A stretch of 64,000 bases of DNA from Alphaproteobacteria bacterium. Its GTDB lineage: Bacteria > Pseudomonadota > Alphaproteobacteria > MPNO01 > UBA830. The position numbers and the translations under genes are program-made. The stretch lies in NCBI GenBank assembly GCA_038146925.1, contig JAYQSP010000011.1, positions 42,816-106,815 on the forward strand. Reading direction: 5' to 3'. Under the pieces are notes generated by a model. It saw only the letters and a program-made list of their open reading frames with translations, was not told the DNA's origin and did not search any database. Positions 32,118 to 40,907 of this stretch are shown in pieces (the first letter of the stretch is position 1; every line of letters starts with the position of its first letter).

Positions 32118-33626
32118 ATGAATAATCCAGAGCCCATGACAAGCGGATCCTTCACCGAACGCCACGGGTTGCGCGACGCGGCGCAGGCGGCGCTGGCGGA
32201 CGAGGTGCTGAAACAGGTCGAGGCCGACGGGCTGCAGCTGATCCGCCTTGCGTGGGCGGACCCGCACGGCGCGGCGCGGGCCAAGGCGGTGACGCCCGAT
32301 GCGTTCCGGGCGGCCATGGTCGACGGCTATAACATCAATGTCGCGACCTCGACGCTGGATGCGTCGGGTGGGCGCGTGTTCGCGAGTTTCGTGCCCGGCG
32401 GCGGCATGGGGCTGGCCGAAATGACGGGATCGCCCAACCTCGTCATCGTGCCCGACCCGGAAACGTTCCGCGTCCTGCCCTGGGCGCCCGGCGTGGGCTG
32501 GATCCTGTGCGACGAATATTTCCGCGACGGCACGCCGTTTCATTTCTCGACGCGGCATCTGTTGCGCAAGCAGGTCGCGCGGCTGGCGGACGCCGGCATG
32601 CGGCATGTCGTCGGCCTCGAGGTCGAATGGTATCTCGCCCATCTGACGCAGGACCGCCTGACGGCGGAAAACACCGGCGTTCCCGGCCGCCGCGGCCTTC
32701 CGCCTGAAACCGCGCCGCTCGAACCCGGATATTCCTATCACTCGGAAACCAATCTCGACGTGATGCAGCCGATGCTGAGCGCGCTGGCCGGCGCCTACAC
32801 GGACATCGGGCTGCCGCTGCGGTCGGTCGAAAACGAATACGGTCCCGGCCAGGTCGAATGCACGTTCACGGCGGACGACGCGATGCGCGCGGCCGACAAC
32901 TACGTTCTGTTCCGCACCGCGACGCGCCAGGTGTGCCGCCGTCAAGGGTATTTCGCGACATTCATGTGCCGCCCGGGACTGGCGGGGCATTTTTCAAGCG
33001 GCTGGCATCTGCACCAGTCGGTCGTCGGCGCGGCAAGCGACGAGAACCTTTTCACGCCGGGTACCGATGCGGATGCCCTGTCGGAAAAGGGCAGCGCCTT
33101 TCTTGCCGGTCTGCTCGACCACACGCTGCCCGCCACCGTGTTCGCGTCCCCCACCGTGAACGGTTTTCGCCGGTTTCAGCCGAATTCCCTGGCTCCGAAC
33201 CGGGCCACCTGGGGGACGGATCATCGCGGTGCCCTGATGCGCGTGATTTCAGCGTCGGGCGATCCGGCTTCGCGGATCGAGAACCGGGCGGGCGAACCGG
33301 CGGCCAATCCGTATCTGTTCATCGCTTCGCAGATCGCGGCGGGGCTCGATGGGATCGAACGCGGACTGTCCCTGGCCCCGCCCGACGACGCGCCCTACGA
33401 GTCCGACAAGCCGCTGCTGCCGGCGTCGCTGGCGGAGGGGCTGGAGGCGCTGGCGCAGGACGGCTTCTATCGCTCCGTTTTCGGCGATGTTTTCACGGAT
33501 TACTATCTCGGCCTGAAAAACGCCGAACTGGATCGCTACCGCCAATATTGCGAAGATGAAGGCATCGGCGAAAACGACGCCGACGTGACCGGGTGGGAGC
33601 AGAACGAATATTACGATTTCTTCTGA
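32118..33626 (+). CDS. Glutamine synthetase family protein (GS-like gamma-glutamyl ligase, GlnT/PuuA/TdnQ-like).
   Basis: 502 aa. GS catalytic-domain-like blocks ...GLEVEWY..., ...ENEYGPGQVE..., ...GWHLHQS... Adjacent to Rieske oxygenase genes. Confidence 0.8.
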   Translation: MNNPEPMTSGSFTERHGLRDAAQAALADEVLKQVEADGLQLIRLAWADPHGAARAKAVTPDAFRAAMVDGYNINVATSTLDASGGRVFASFVPGGGMGLAEMTGSPNLVIVPDPETFRVLPWAPGVGWILCDEYFRDGTPFHFSTRHLLRKQVARLADAGMRHVVGLEVEWYLAHLTQDRLTAENTGVPGRRGLPPETAPLEPGYSYHSETNLDVMQPMLSALAGAYTDIGLPLRSVENEYGPGQVECTFTADDAMRAADNYVLFRTATRQVCRRQGYFATFMCRPGLAGHFSSGWHLHQSVVGAASDENLFTPGTDADALSEKGSAFLAGLLDHTLPATVFASPTVNGFRRFQPNSLAPNRATWGTDHRGALMRVISASGDPASRIENRAGEPAANPYLFIASQIAAGLDGIERGLSLAPPDDAPYESDKPLLPASLAEGLEALAQDGFYRSVFGDVFTDYYLGLKNAELDRYRQYCEDEGIGENDADVTGWEQNEYYDFF

Positions 33627-33665
33627 TCCCCGCGGCACCGCCGGAAACCGCGAGGACCGCGTGAC

Positions 33666-35033
33666 ATGGACGGACTGACACCGACACCCGACAGCCGCCT
33701 CGACGGCTACGATTTCGACTACCTGATCCAGGAGGATCGGGTTCATCGCCATATCTATACGGAGGAGCCGATTTTCCGCGCCGAGATGACGCGCGTCTTC
33801 GGCGCCGTCTGGGTGTATCTCGGCCATGAAAGCGAAATTCCGGACAACGACGATTTCGTCCAGACCTGGCTGGGCCTGCGGCCGATCATCCTGGTCCGCG
33901 ATTCCGACGGGAATATCCGCGCGCTCTACAATCGGTGCACCCATCGCGGGTCCACCGTCTGCCGCCGACAATCAGGATCGGCAAAGGCGTTCCAGTGTCC
34001 GTATCACGGCTGGACATTTCGCAACAACGGCGAAATCACCGGCGTCCCCTGGCCGGAAGGCTATGCCGACGATTTTTCCGATTCCAAGTTCAACCTGGCG
34101 CAGGTGCCGCGGGTCGATTCCTACAAGGGCTTCGTTTTCGGCACGCTGAACATGGCGGCGCCGTCGCTGATGGACTATCTCGGCCCCGTCGCAAAACCGC
34201 TCGCCGAATGGGTCGACCGGCATCCCGGCGGGAAGGTCGCGCTCTGCAATGCGAACCGTCTCAAGCTGCACGGCAACTGGAAGCTGGTCTACGACAATTC
34301 GGCGGACGGCTATCATGTCGTCTTTTCGCACCGCTCGCTGCTGGCCATGGAGAACCGCCTGTCCGAGGAGGGCGACAAGGGCATGGCTTTCTACAAGGAA
34401 AGCCCCGATACGGCGCCCATGTACGTCTACTATTTCGGCAACGGCCATCACTTCAAGGACAAGCGCGGCAATGTGGAACGCGACAAGCCCGGCGCGCTGT
34501 GGGAGATAGAGGGCGTCGCGCCGGGGATGGAATATTTCGAGGACAAGCTGCGCCGCGAACATCCCGGCCGCGCGGACGAATTCCTCGATCTCGCCGCGTC
34601 CGAGCCGATGAACATCAATGTGTTTCCCAATCTGCACATCCTCGGCAACCACATCCAGGTCGTGCGGCCGATTTCGGTGACCGAAACCGACACCACCTGG
34701 TGGGGCACGGCGGTGGTCGACGACGAGGGGGTGCTGGACGGGGCGGTCGACGATATCAACGCCATCCGGATGCGGACACAGGAAGGCTTTCCCAATTTCG
34801 GCGAAGTCGACGACCTGATGAATTTCGAACAGATCCAGGTCGGGCTGCAGGCGGAAGAGGACGAATGGGCCTATACCCATCGCGGCCTGGGACTTCCGGA
34901 CAGGTTTTCGGTCGACGAAGCCGGCACGATCAAGGGACCGGCGACGGACGAGGTTTTCCTGCGCGAATACTTCAGGGAATATCGCCGCCTGATGACGACG
35001 CGTCCCGATATCCAGATCGCGCGGGAGGTGTGA
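33666..35033 (+). CDS. Rieske non-heme iron ring-hydroxylating oxygenase, alpha subunit.
   Basis: 455 aa. Rieske CTHRG-x15-CPYHGW. Mononuclear iron ...DNSADGYHVVFSH... Confidence 0.9.
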   Translation: MDGLTPTPDSRLDGYDFDYLIQEDRVHRHIYTEEPIFRAEMTRVFGAVWVYLGHESEIPDNDDFVQTWLGLRPIILVRDSDGNIRALYNRCTHRGSTVCRRQSGSAKAFQCPYHGWTFRNNGEITGVPWPEGYADDFSDSKFNLAQVPRVDSYKGFVFGTLNMAAPSLMDYLGPVAKPLAEWVDRHPGGKVALCNANRLKLHGNWKLVYDNSADGYHVVFSHRSLLAMENRLSEEGDKGMAFYKESPDTAPMYVYYFGNGHHFKDKRGNVERDKPGALWEIEGVAPGMEYFEDKLRREHPGRADEFLDLAASEPMNINVFPNLHILGNHIQVVRPISVTETDTTWWGTAVVDDEGVLDGAVDDINAIRMRTQEGFPNFGEVDDLMNFEQIQVGLQAEEDEWAYTHRGLGLPDRFSVDEAGTIKGPATDEVFLREYFREYRRLMTTRPDIQIAREV

Positions 35034-35040
35034 TCCGGTC

Positions 35041-35622
35041 ATGAACGCGAACCCGGCCCGGACGTCTTACTATGTTGACGATGATTTCTACGCGGACCTG
35101 ACGGCCGCGTTTTCGGATTGGCAGTCGGAGGAGGCGGAGATCGCCGATCCGGCCCGGCGCGATGAATTCCGCCGCCTGCTGGAGCGCGAGGCGCGCCTGC
35201 TGGAACAGGACCGCCACGCCGACTGGCTGGCCATGTACGCGCCGGAATGCCTGTACTGGGTACCCGCGTCGGCGGATGGCGGCGACCCGAAACGGGAGGT
35301 CGCGATCGCCTTCGACGACCGGCGCCGGCTCGAGGACCGGGTGTACCGGCTGGGCACCGACTATGCCTGGTCGCAGCAGCCGCCGTCGCGCACCAGCCGG
35401 ATCGTGTCCAACGTCGCCGCCTTCGAAACTGCCGACGATGCGGTCGTCATGATCCGGTCGAATTTTCTGATCACCGAATTCCAGGCGGGGGATTACCGGA
35501 CATGGGCCGGCTGGGCAGGGCACCGTCTGCGGCGGAACGGCGATGGATGGGAAATCCTGGTCAAGCAGGTCAACCTGATCAATTACGACCAGAACCTCCG
35601 CAATCCGAGCATCACGCTTTAG
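35041..35622 (+). CDS. Ring-hydroxylating dioxygenase beta subunit (SnoaL-like fold).
   Basis: 193 aa, 8 nt after the alpha subunit. Beta-subunit-like ...ECLYWVPAS..., ...RIVSNV... Confidence 0.8.
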   Translation: MNANPARTSYYVDDDFYADLTAAFSDWQSEEAEIADPARRDEFRRLLEREARLLEQDRHADWLAMYAPECLYWVPASADGGDPKREVAIAFDDRRRLEDRVYRLGTDYAWSQQPPSRTSRIVSNVAAFETADDAVVMIRSNFLITEFQAGDYRTWAGWAGHRLRRNGDGWEILVKQVNLINYDQNLRNPSITL

Positions 35623-35650
35623 CCGGTCTTTTCAGCGAAGATCGGGAATG

Positions 35651-35680
35651 AAAAAAGGCGGCTCACCGAGCCGCCTTTCT
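35651..35680. terminator. Bidirectional rho-independent terminator.
   Basis: AAAAAAGGCGGCTCaccGAGCCGCCTTTCT: 8-bp GC stem flanked by an A-run and a T-run. Lies between convergent genes. Confidence 0.6.
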
Positions 35681-35700
35681 CATGTTTTCTTTTCCGTCCT

Positions 35701-36153
35701 TCAGGACATGCCGTCCAGATCGCCGATGACCTGGCCGGGATGATCCGCCGGCGTCACCTCGTCATAGGCGGCGGCGACTGTTCCGTCCGGCCCGATCAGC
35801 ACGGATTTGCGCGGCGAGCGCGGGCTGTCCGGTTCCGAAACGCCGAAGGCGACGGAAACAGCGCCGTCCTCGTCGCTGAGGAGGTCGTAGGGGAAAGAGA
35901 ATTTGTCGCGAAACGCGCCATTGTCCGCCGGGCTGTCGTAGGAAACGCCGACGATGGATGCGTTGCGGTCTTCGAAGTCCTGGATTCGATCACGGAACCC
36001 GTTGCCTTCGATGGTTCAGCCGGGTGTGTCGGCTTTGGGATACCACCAGAGCAGGACGTAGCGACCGGCGAAGTCGTCTTTTTTCACCGTCTTACCGTCC
36101 TGGTTCGGGAGGCTGAAATCCGGCGCTTCCGCGCCGGAGGCAATTAAGGCCAT
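35701..36153 (-). CDS. bcp: Bcp/PrxQ-type peroxiredoxin with in-frame TGA (candidate selenocysteine) at the peroxidatic Cys position, codon 45 (TGA 36016-36018).
   Basis: Minus-strand translation: MALIASGAEAPDFSLPNQDGKTVKKDDFAGRYVLLWWYPKADTPG[TGA]TIEGNGFRDRIQDFEDRNASIVGVSYDSPADNGAFRDKFSFPYDLLSDEDGAVSVAFGV...IGPDGTVAAAYDEV...*. Matches E. coli Bcp ...YFYPKAMTPGCT...DNM... GGAG RBS 9 nt upstream of the ATG. No other stops in frame. Confidence 0.6.
35971..36011 (-). promoter_or_regulatory. Candidate bacterial SECIS-like hairpin immediately 3' of the in-frame UGA.
   Basis: mRNA UGA-ACCA-UCGAAGG-CAACG-GGUUC-CGUGAUC-GAAUC-CAGGA-CUUCGA. Outer stem UCGAAG/CUUCGA, inner stem GGUUC/GAAUC, apical loop CGUGAUC containing GU. 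Confidence 0.35.
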
Positions 36154-36225
36154 TCAGGTTGCTCCATTCGATGTATCGTACCGGAGAAGTATATCATCTG
36201 GTGACCGACTCCGACATAGCGGCAT

Positions 36226-36256
36226 AAAAAAACCCGGCGCGGGGCGCCGGGTTTTT
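36226..36256. terminator. Rho-independent terminator (bidirectional).
   Basis: AAAAAAACCCGGCGCggggCGCCGGGTTTTT. Downstream of the small zinc-ribbon gene. Confidence 0.7.
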
Positions 36257-36274
36257 AACTTATCGATCGGTAGA

Positions 36275-36454
36275 TCAGACGAAATCGGGCTCGCTGCGTT
36301 TGCGGCAGCGCAGGCACAGGCGGTTGTGCCAGCCTTCGCTCGCGAATTTCTCGCCGCACGACATGCAGGGTCGCTCGGTGGGTACATCGCTCACCGCGCG
36401 ATGGTCCATCACCAGTTCTTCAGCTTCCAGCGAGCTTGTGTTCGATTCGCTCAT
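36275..36454 (-). CDS. Small zinc-ribbon protein (CxxC...CxxC), hypothetical.
   Basis: 59 aa: MSESNTSSLEAEELVMDHRAVSDVPTERPCMSCGEKFASEGWHNRLCLRCRKRSEPDFV. GGGAG RBS. Below the 60-aa track cutoff. Followed by a strong terminator. Confidence 0.45.
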   Translation of the reverse strand: MSESNTSSLEAEELVMDHRAVSDVPTERPCMSCGEKFASEGWHNRLCLRCRKRSEPDFV

Positions 36455-36815
36455 CTAATGGCTCCCTCTTCGTAATTGATTACGACGTAATCGTCAGTTG
36501 TCCCAACCACCGTTGCGGTGGCACCAATTTTTACGCTCTTCGGCGATTTGCCTCCCGCAAACCCGCTTTTTGAAAGCACTTTTCCGTGAGGTAGCCCTTC
36601 CGGATACCTCCGTGCCGGCGGTTATTACGGTTTGATTACTTCCCCATCCTTGCCTGCGCGAGCGGAAACGGACTTCCCGCCCGGAAGGGGGCCGCGTCGG
36701 GTGTTATGCCCCGATTTCGTCGATCCCCAATACTTAGTATTCTAACATATTCCGTCGGGAAATGGGTAATGAATCCGTCATCTCGAGGGCATTTTCCGCG
36801 TATGCAACGGAGCGT

Positions 36816-36846
36816 GCGGAATCGCGCGGATTCTGCGCGATTCCGC
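36816..36846. other. Perfect 12-bp inverted repeat (GCGGAATCGCGC-ggattct-GCGCGATTCCGC) in the 400-bp intergenic region downstream of the GlcG-like gene.
   Basis: Read directly from the sequence. No U-tract, so this is more REP/operator-like than terminator-like. Confidence 0.4.
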
Positions 36847-36861
36847 CTTGGCCCGGGCTAA

Positions 36862-37284
36862 TCAGAAAGATTGGCTTCCCGGAATGGCGGCGATCGCCGC
36901 GGTCGCGACCTCGCGATCCTGTTCTCCCGTGCCCGATCCGACGCCCACTCCGCCGATACAGTGGCCGTCAACGATGATGGGCAGGCCGCCCGGCAGATTG
37001 ATGCGCTGTCCGTCCGTGCCAAGAGCCAGCTTGATGTCGACGCCTTCCATGAGCCCGCCCGAAGGGTCGCCGTAGCAGGCCGCCGTGCGGGCCTTGCGCA
37101 GCGACGTTTCCAGCGACATGTGAAAGGCGCCGTCCATGCGGACGAACGCCAGAAGGTTGCCGCCGTTGTCGACCACCGAGATGCATTGCGGCTGACCCAT
37201 ATCGGCCGCTTTGGCGATACCAGCGTTCAGCGCGGCAAGCGCCCCTTCATGCGTGAGTTTCAGAAACTGCGCCGTTTCGGCCAT
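36862..37284 (-). CDS. GlcG/HbpS-like (DUF336) heme-binding-domain protein.
   Basis: 140 aa. ...ISVVDNGGNLLAFVRMDGA..., ...IVDGHCIGGVGVSGG... family-like blocks. Confidence 0.75.
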   Translation of the reverse strand: MAETAQFLKLTHEGALAALNAGIAKAADMGQPQCISVVDNGGNLLAFVRMDGAFHMSLETSLRKARTAACYGDPSGGLMEGVDIKLALGTDGQRINLPGGLPIIVDGHCIGGVGVGSGTGEQDREVATAAIAAIPGSQSF

Positions 37285-37401
37285 GACCTTTTCCCTCTGA
37301 ATTCGAATAGACCGCAGTTTTTCAGGTCACGCGCCGGCACGCAACCACCCGTGCGAACACGGGTGCGAATTCCGATCAAAACAAGGGAGAAAATATCCGG
37401 A

Positions 37402-38106
37402 TCAGGCCTTGCGACGACGGGAAAACGCGCGACCCGCCATCAGGAGGCCGCCGATCACCAGCGACGGCGTCAACGCGGGCTCGGGTATGTCCGTGGTCGG
37501 TTTGAACCCGCTTTCAAGCACCGAGTTGAAGCTCGAATTCTGGCCGCCGGCGGCATGGGTAATCGTCGCGACGGTGGTCAGGGAGTAGAGACCGGTCAGC
37601 GCCTCGGCGCCGACATCGACGAACACGAAACCGCCGGTCAGGGCGCCGGAATCGAAGAGCGCTATATCCCGCGCGAAACCGGTGTTGGCGGCGGAGGCGA
37701 AATGTTCGAACTGGACCGTATCCGCGGTGACGCCGCCGATTTCCGTCGAGAAGTTGACGGTCGGTCCGCCGGACAAAAAATCGGTTTCGGTAAACTCGAT
37801 CGTCAGGATGCCGCCCGCGGCGCCAGTGACATCAATGGAATTCAAATCCAGAACCGGATCGGTCGGGCTGCCGAGCAGCGGTTTTGTGATCCCTGTCGTG
37901 ACGTTGACGCTGAAATCGCCGATTGCGCCGTTGAAGACCACGACGCCGGCCAGGGGATTGATATCGCCTGCGCCGCCATCGGTGACGGTCACCGTGTTAA
38001 TACCGTCGGAAAGCCGGAGCTGGGGCACCGCATGCGCCGGAACGGACACTGCGGAGGCCGCAAGGGCCGCCAGTCCGATCAGCAGATGTTTCTTTATGCG
38101 GTTCAT
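37402..38106 (-). CDS. PEP-CTERM sorting-domain secreted protein (exosortase substrate).
   Basis: 234 aa. Signal peptide. C-terminal ...IPEPALTPSLVIGGLLMAGRAFSRRRKA (PEP motif, TM helix, basic tail). Confidence 0.8.
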   Translation of the reverse strand: MNRIKKHLLIGLAALAASAVSVPAHAVPQLRLSDGINTVTVTDGGAGDINPLAGVVVFNGAIGDFSVNVTTGITKPLLGSPTDPVLDLNSIDVTGAAGGILTIEFTETDFLSGGPTVNFSTEIGGVTADTVQFEHFASAANTGFARDIALFDSGALTGGFVFVDVGAEALTGLYSLTTVATITHAAGGQNSSFNSVLESGFKPTTDIPEPALTPSLVIGGLLMAGRAFSRRRKA

Positions 38107-38341
38107 GTCGATCTCTTCGAAACACGTCGGAAAAACTAAACTTGTTACGCGAGACTCAAACTACTGCCATGGTTAATGCAATTATCGTGCCAGATTCGAT
38201 GAATCCGGGTATTTCAATAGGTTATGGTGCTGCCGGACTCCCGTGGCGTTAACCATTGTAAAAAATTCCGACAGGGATCCCATGCATTCCAAATGCGCTC
38301 GACAGTCCGGGAATCCCCTGAGTTCCAGGGCTTTCAGCGGA

Positions 38342-39556
38342 TCAGGAAGCGGGTGCGGGGTCCGGCGCCTCGACGGGGCGGTCGTCGATGCACCAGTGAA
38401 TAAGAGCCGCCGCCGCGGACAGCCCGATCGCCAGCCACCAGGCGGCGTCGTAAGTCCCGAACATGTCGTAAAACAGCCCGCCCAGGAACACGCCCGAAAA
38501 CGCTCCCAGCTGGTGGCTCAGAAAAACGATGGCGAACAGCGTGCTCATATAACGGGGGCCGAACACCTGCGCGACGATTCCGCTGGTCAACGGCACCGTC
38601 GACAGCCACAGCAGCCCGAGAATCGCACTGAAGCCGATGACCGTGATCTCGTTCACCGGCAGGTACAGAAACACGAGAAACAGCAGGCCCCGGGCAAGAT
38701 AAAGCTGGCTCAGCAGGTTCCGCTTGCGCCACCGCCCGCCCGCCCAGCCGGCGATAATGGTGCCGAACAGGTTGAATAGTCCGATGGTGCTGATCGCCGC
38801 TGCGGCCAGCCAGGCGCCGGCGCCGGAATCGGTCAGGAATTTGGGCAGGTGCGTGCCGACGAACTGCACCTGAAATCCGCAGACGAAAAATCCGATCACC
38901 AGCAGCCAGTACCCGCGATGATGGCTCGCTCTCTTCAGGGCGCTGCCGAGGGTTTCCGTATCCGGTTTGGAAAACGCCACTGCGCCGGCGGACCGCATCG
39001 ACCAGGCCAACGGCACCGCGACGGCGACGATAAGGGCGAGAATGACGATTCCGCCTGCCCAGCCGAACCCGTCGATCAGGCCCTTGCTCGTCAGGGCGAA
39101 GGCGAACTGCCCGGCGGAGCCGCCGGCCGTTACGATGCCGAGCCAGAACGTGCGCGATTTTTCCGGTGCGACCCTGCCGACAATCCCCAGCGGCAGGGTC
39201 AGCCCCACGCCCGAGGCACCGATGCCGACGATCAGCCCGGCGGACAGATACATCGTTCCCGGCGTCACCGAGACGGAAATCAGGGCGACCCCGGTGGCGT
39301 ACAGCCCGGCGGCCAGCGCGATCACGGTCGTCGGGCGCATCCAGCGGTCGGCGAGCGCCCCGGTGAAGGGCGCGGCAATGCCCATGATCAGGTTCTGAAT
39401 GGCGATGGCGGTTGCGAATTCCGTAACGCCCCATTTCAGATCAGTGCTGATCGGTTCGAGAAACAGGCCGAAACTTTGCCGCGACCCGTTGGCGATCAGC
39501 ACGATCGCGGTTGCGGCAAACAGGATGTATACGGGAGATCGCCAGAAAGCCTTCAT
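38342..39556 (-). CDS. MFS transporter.
   Basis: 404 aa, 12 TM. The antisense and alternate-frame ORFs here are Arg-rich shadows. Confidence 0.85.
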   Translation of the reverse strand: MKAFWRSPVYILFAATAIVLIANGSRQSFGLFLEPISTDLKWGVTEFATAIAIQNLIMGIAAPFTGALADRWMRPTTVIALAAGLYATGVALISVSVTPGTMYLSAGLIVGIGASGVGLTLPLGIVGRVAPEKSRTFWLGIVTAGGSAGQFAFALTSKGLIDGFGWAGGIVILALIVAVAVPLAWSMRSAGAVAFSKPDTETLGSALKRASHHRGYWLLVIGFFVCGFQVQFVGTHLPKFLTDSGAGAWLAAAAISTIGLFNLFGTIIAGWAGGRWRKRNLLSQLYLARGLLFLVFLYLPVNEITVIGFSAILGLLWLSTVPLTSGIVAQVFGPRYMSTLFAIVFLSHQLGAFSGVFLGGLFYDMFGTYDAAWWLAIGLSAAAALIHWCIDDRPVEAPDPAPAS

Positions 39557-39630
39557 GGGCAGAGTGTCCGTTTCAGATCGTCCGCTTCGGGTCTTCGATC
39601 ACACTATAGTTGCCGGAAGCGAGGCCGCAA

Positions 39631-40794
39631 TCAGCCGTTGCCGCGCTCCAGCGTGTGGATCTCGGCAGCGGGAGCGATTTCGTCGACGTCGGGACCTTCG
39701 CCCAGCTCGATCAGTTCTATCTTTTCGCCGCGGCTGGTGACTTTGTTGGTCGATGTGCGGATCTTGCCGATGTCTTCCTGCGCCTGGCGGAAATGGGTCT
39801 GGAGCTTGTCCACCCTTTCGTCGATCCGCCCGACATCGACCAGCATCTTGCGGACTTCTGTCTGGATGAGGCCGGCCTGCTCCTGCATGGATGCGTCTTT
39901 CAGCACGGCGCGGACCGTGTTCAGCGTCGCCATCAGGGTCGTCGGAGACACGATCCACACCCGGGCGCGATAGGATTTCTCCACCGTCTCGGGATGATTG
40001 GCATAAAGCTCGGCATAGACGGCTTCGGACGGCAGGAACATCAGCGCGGATTCGGCGGTTTCGCCCGGAATGATATAGCGGTCGGCAATATCGCGGACGT
40101 GTTTCAGCACGTCGGCCGCAAAGGCCCGTGCATACTGCGCCCTGCCGGCGTCGTCCTTTGCGGCCCGCAGCAAATGATAGCTTTCCAGCGGAAATTTGGC
40201 GTCGATTGCGATGGCGCCGGGCGGATTCGGCAGATTGAGTACGCAGTCCGCGCGCTTGTTGTTGCCCAGCGTTTTCTGGAATTCGTAAGCCGATGGCGGC
40301 AGGGCCGCCTGCACCAGGTCCTGCAGTTGGATTTCGCCGAAGGCGCCGCGAGCCTGCCGGTTGGTCAGCACGTCCTGCAGCTGCACCACCTGCGCCGACA
40401 GGTCGGTGATGTTTTTCTGGGCCGCGTCGATCACCGCCAGCCGCTCCTGCAGTTTGGTCATCGTCTCCGATGATTTCGTACTGGTCTGCTGCAGGCTGTC
40501 GCCAACTTTTTTCGTCACGTCGGCGAGGCGTTCTTCCAAAGTCTTGGTGATCGCGATTTCCTGGTTCTGGAGACGTTCCGACAGCGCCTTCTGGCTGGCG
40601 GCATCGGCTTCCGCGATCTGTGACAGGCGGCCTGCCAGTTCCGCCTGCTGCGCGGCCAGTCGTTCGGTCGTCTGCGCGATGTCTGCGGACGCGTCCCGCT
40701 TGCCGCTCCGCAGCAGAACGAATGCGGCGAGCGCCAGCGCTCCTGCGGCGACAACCAGCGCGATGATCGTGATCGGATCCATGTAGCGGAACAT
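39631..40794 (-). CDS. rmuC: DNA recombination protein RmuC.
   Basis: 387 aa. N-terminal TM, long coiled coil and a C-terminal RmuC domain (...FLPSEAVYAEL...). The true start may be the second Met at 40782. Confidence 0.88.
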   Translation of the reverse strand: MFRYMDPITIIALVVAAGALALAAFVLLRSGKRDASADIAQTTERLAAQQAELAGRLSQIAEADAASQKALSERLQNQEIAITKTLEERLADVTKKVGDSLQQTSTKSSETMTKLQERLAVIDAAQKNITDLSAQVVQLQDVLTNRQARGAFGEIQLQDLVQAALPPSAYEFQKTLGNNKRADCVLNLPNPPGAIAIDAKFPLESYHLLRAAKDDAGRAQYARAFAADVLKHVRDIADRYIIPGETAESALMFLPSEAVYAELYANHPETVEKSYRARVWIVSPTTLMATLNTVRAVLKDASMQEQAGLIQTEVRKMLVDVGRIDERVDKLQTHFRQAQEDIGKIRTSTNKVTSRGEKIELIELGEGPDVDEIAPAAEIHTLERGNG

Positions 40795-40907
40795 ATCACG
40801 AACTTTTCCGAATCGGTCCGCGCAACCCGACCGGACAACGTGATGCTTGACCCTGCGGGGCCGAACGCATACCTAACCCCGGACCGATACTTAGGAAACC
40901 GAGCCCG

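Noticed and set aside
33935-35044. 369-aa plus-strand ORF and the 356-aa minus ORF (33972..35042) overlapping the Rieske alpha gene
   Set aside because: Alternate-frame and antisense shadows. Translations are Arg/Gly/Pro-rich with no motifs, while the 33666..35033 frame has Rieske and iron-site motifs.
35701-36153. Treating the Bcp TGA as a simple nonsense pseudogene
   Set aside because: Considered and not fully excluded. It is disfavoured because the TGA replaces exactly the catalytic Cys, the downstream frame is intact for 107 codons, and a SECIS-like hairpin follows. It remains the main alternative.
36154-36387. 77-aa minus-strand ORF upstream of the Bcp gene
   Set aside because: Ala/Arg/Cys-rich low-complexity. 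The same DNA encodes a clean 59-aa zinc-ribbon protein with an RBS in another frame.
36871-38139. 422-aa plus-strand ORF spanning the GlcG-like and PEP-CTERM genes
   Set aside because: GC-driven antisense ORF. Both minus-strand genes have clear family signatures (DUF336 blocks; PEP-CTERM tail).
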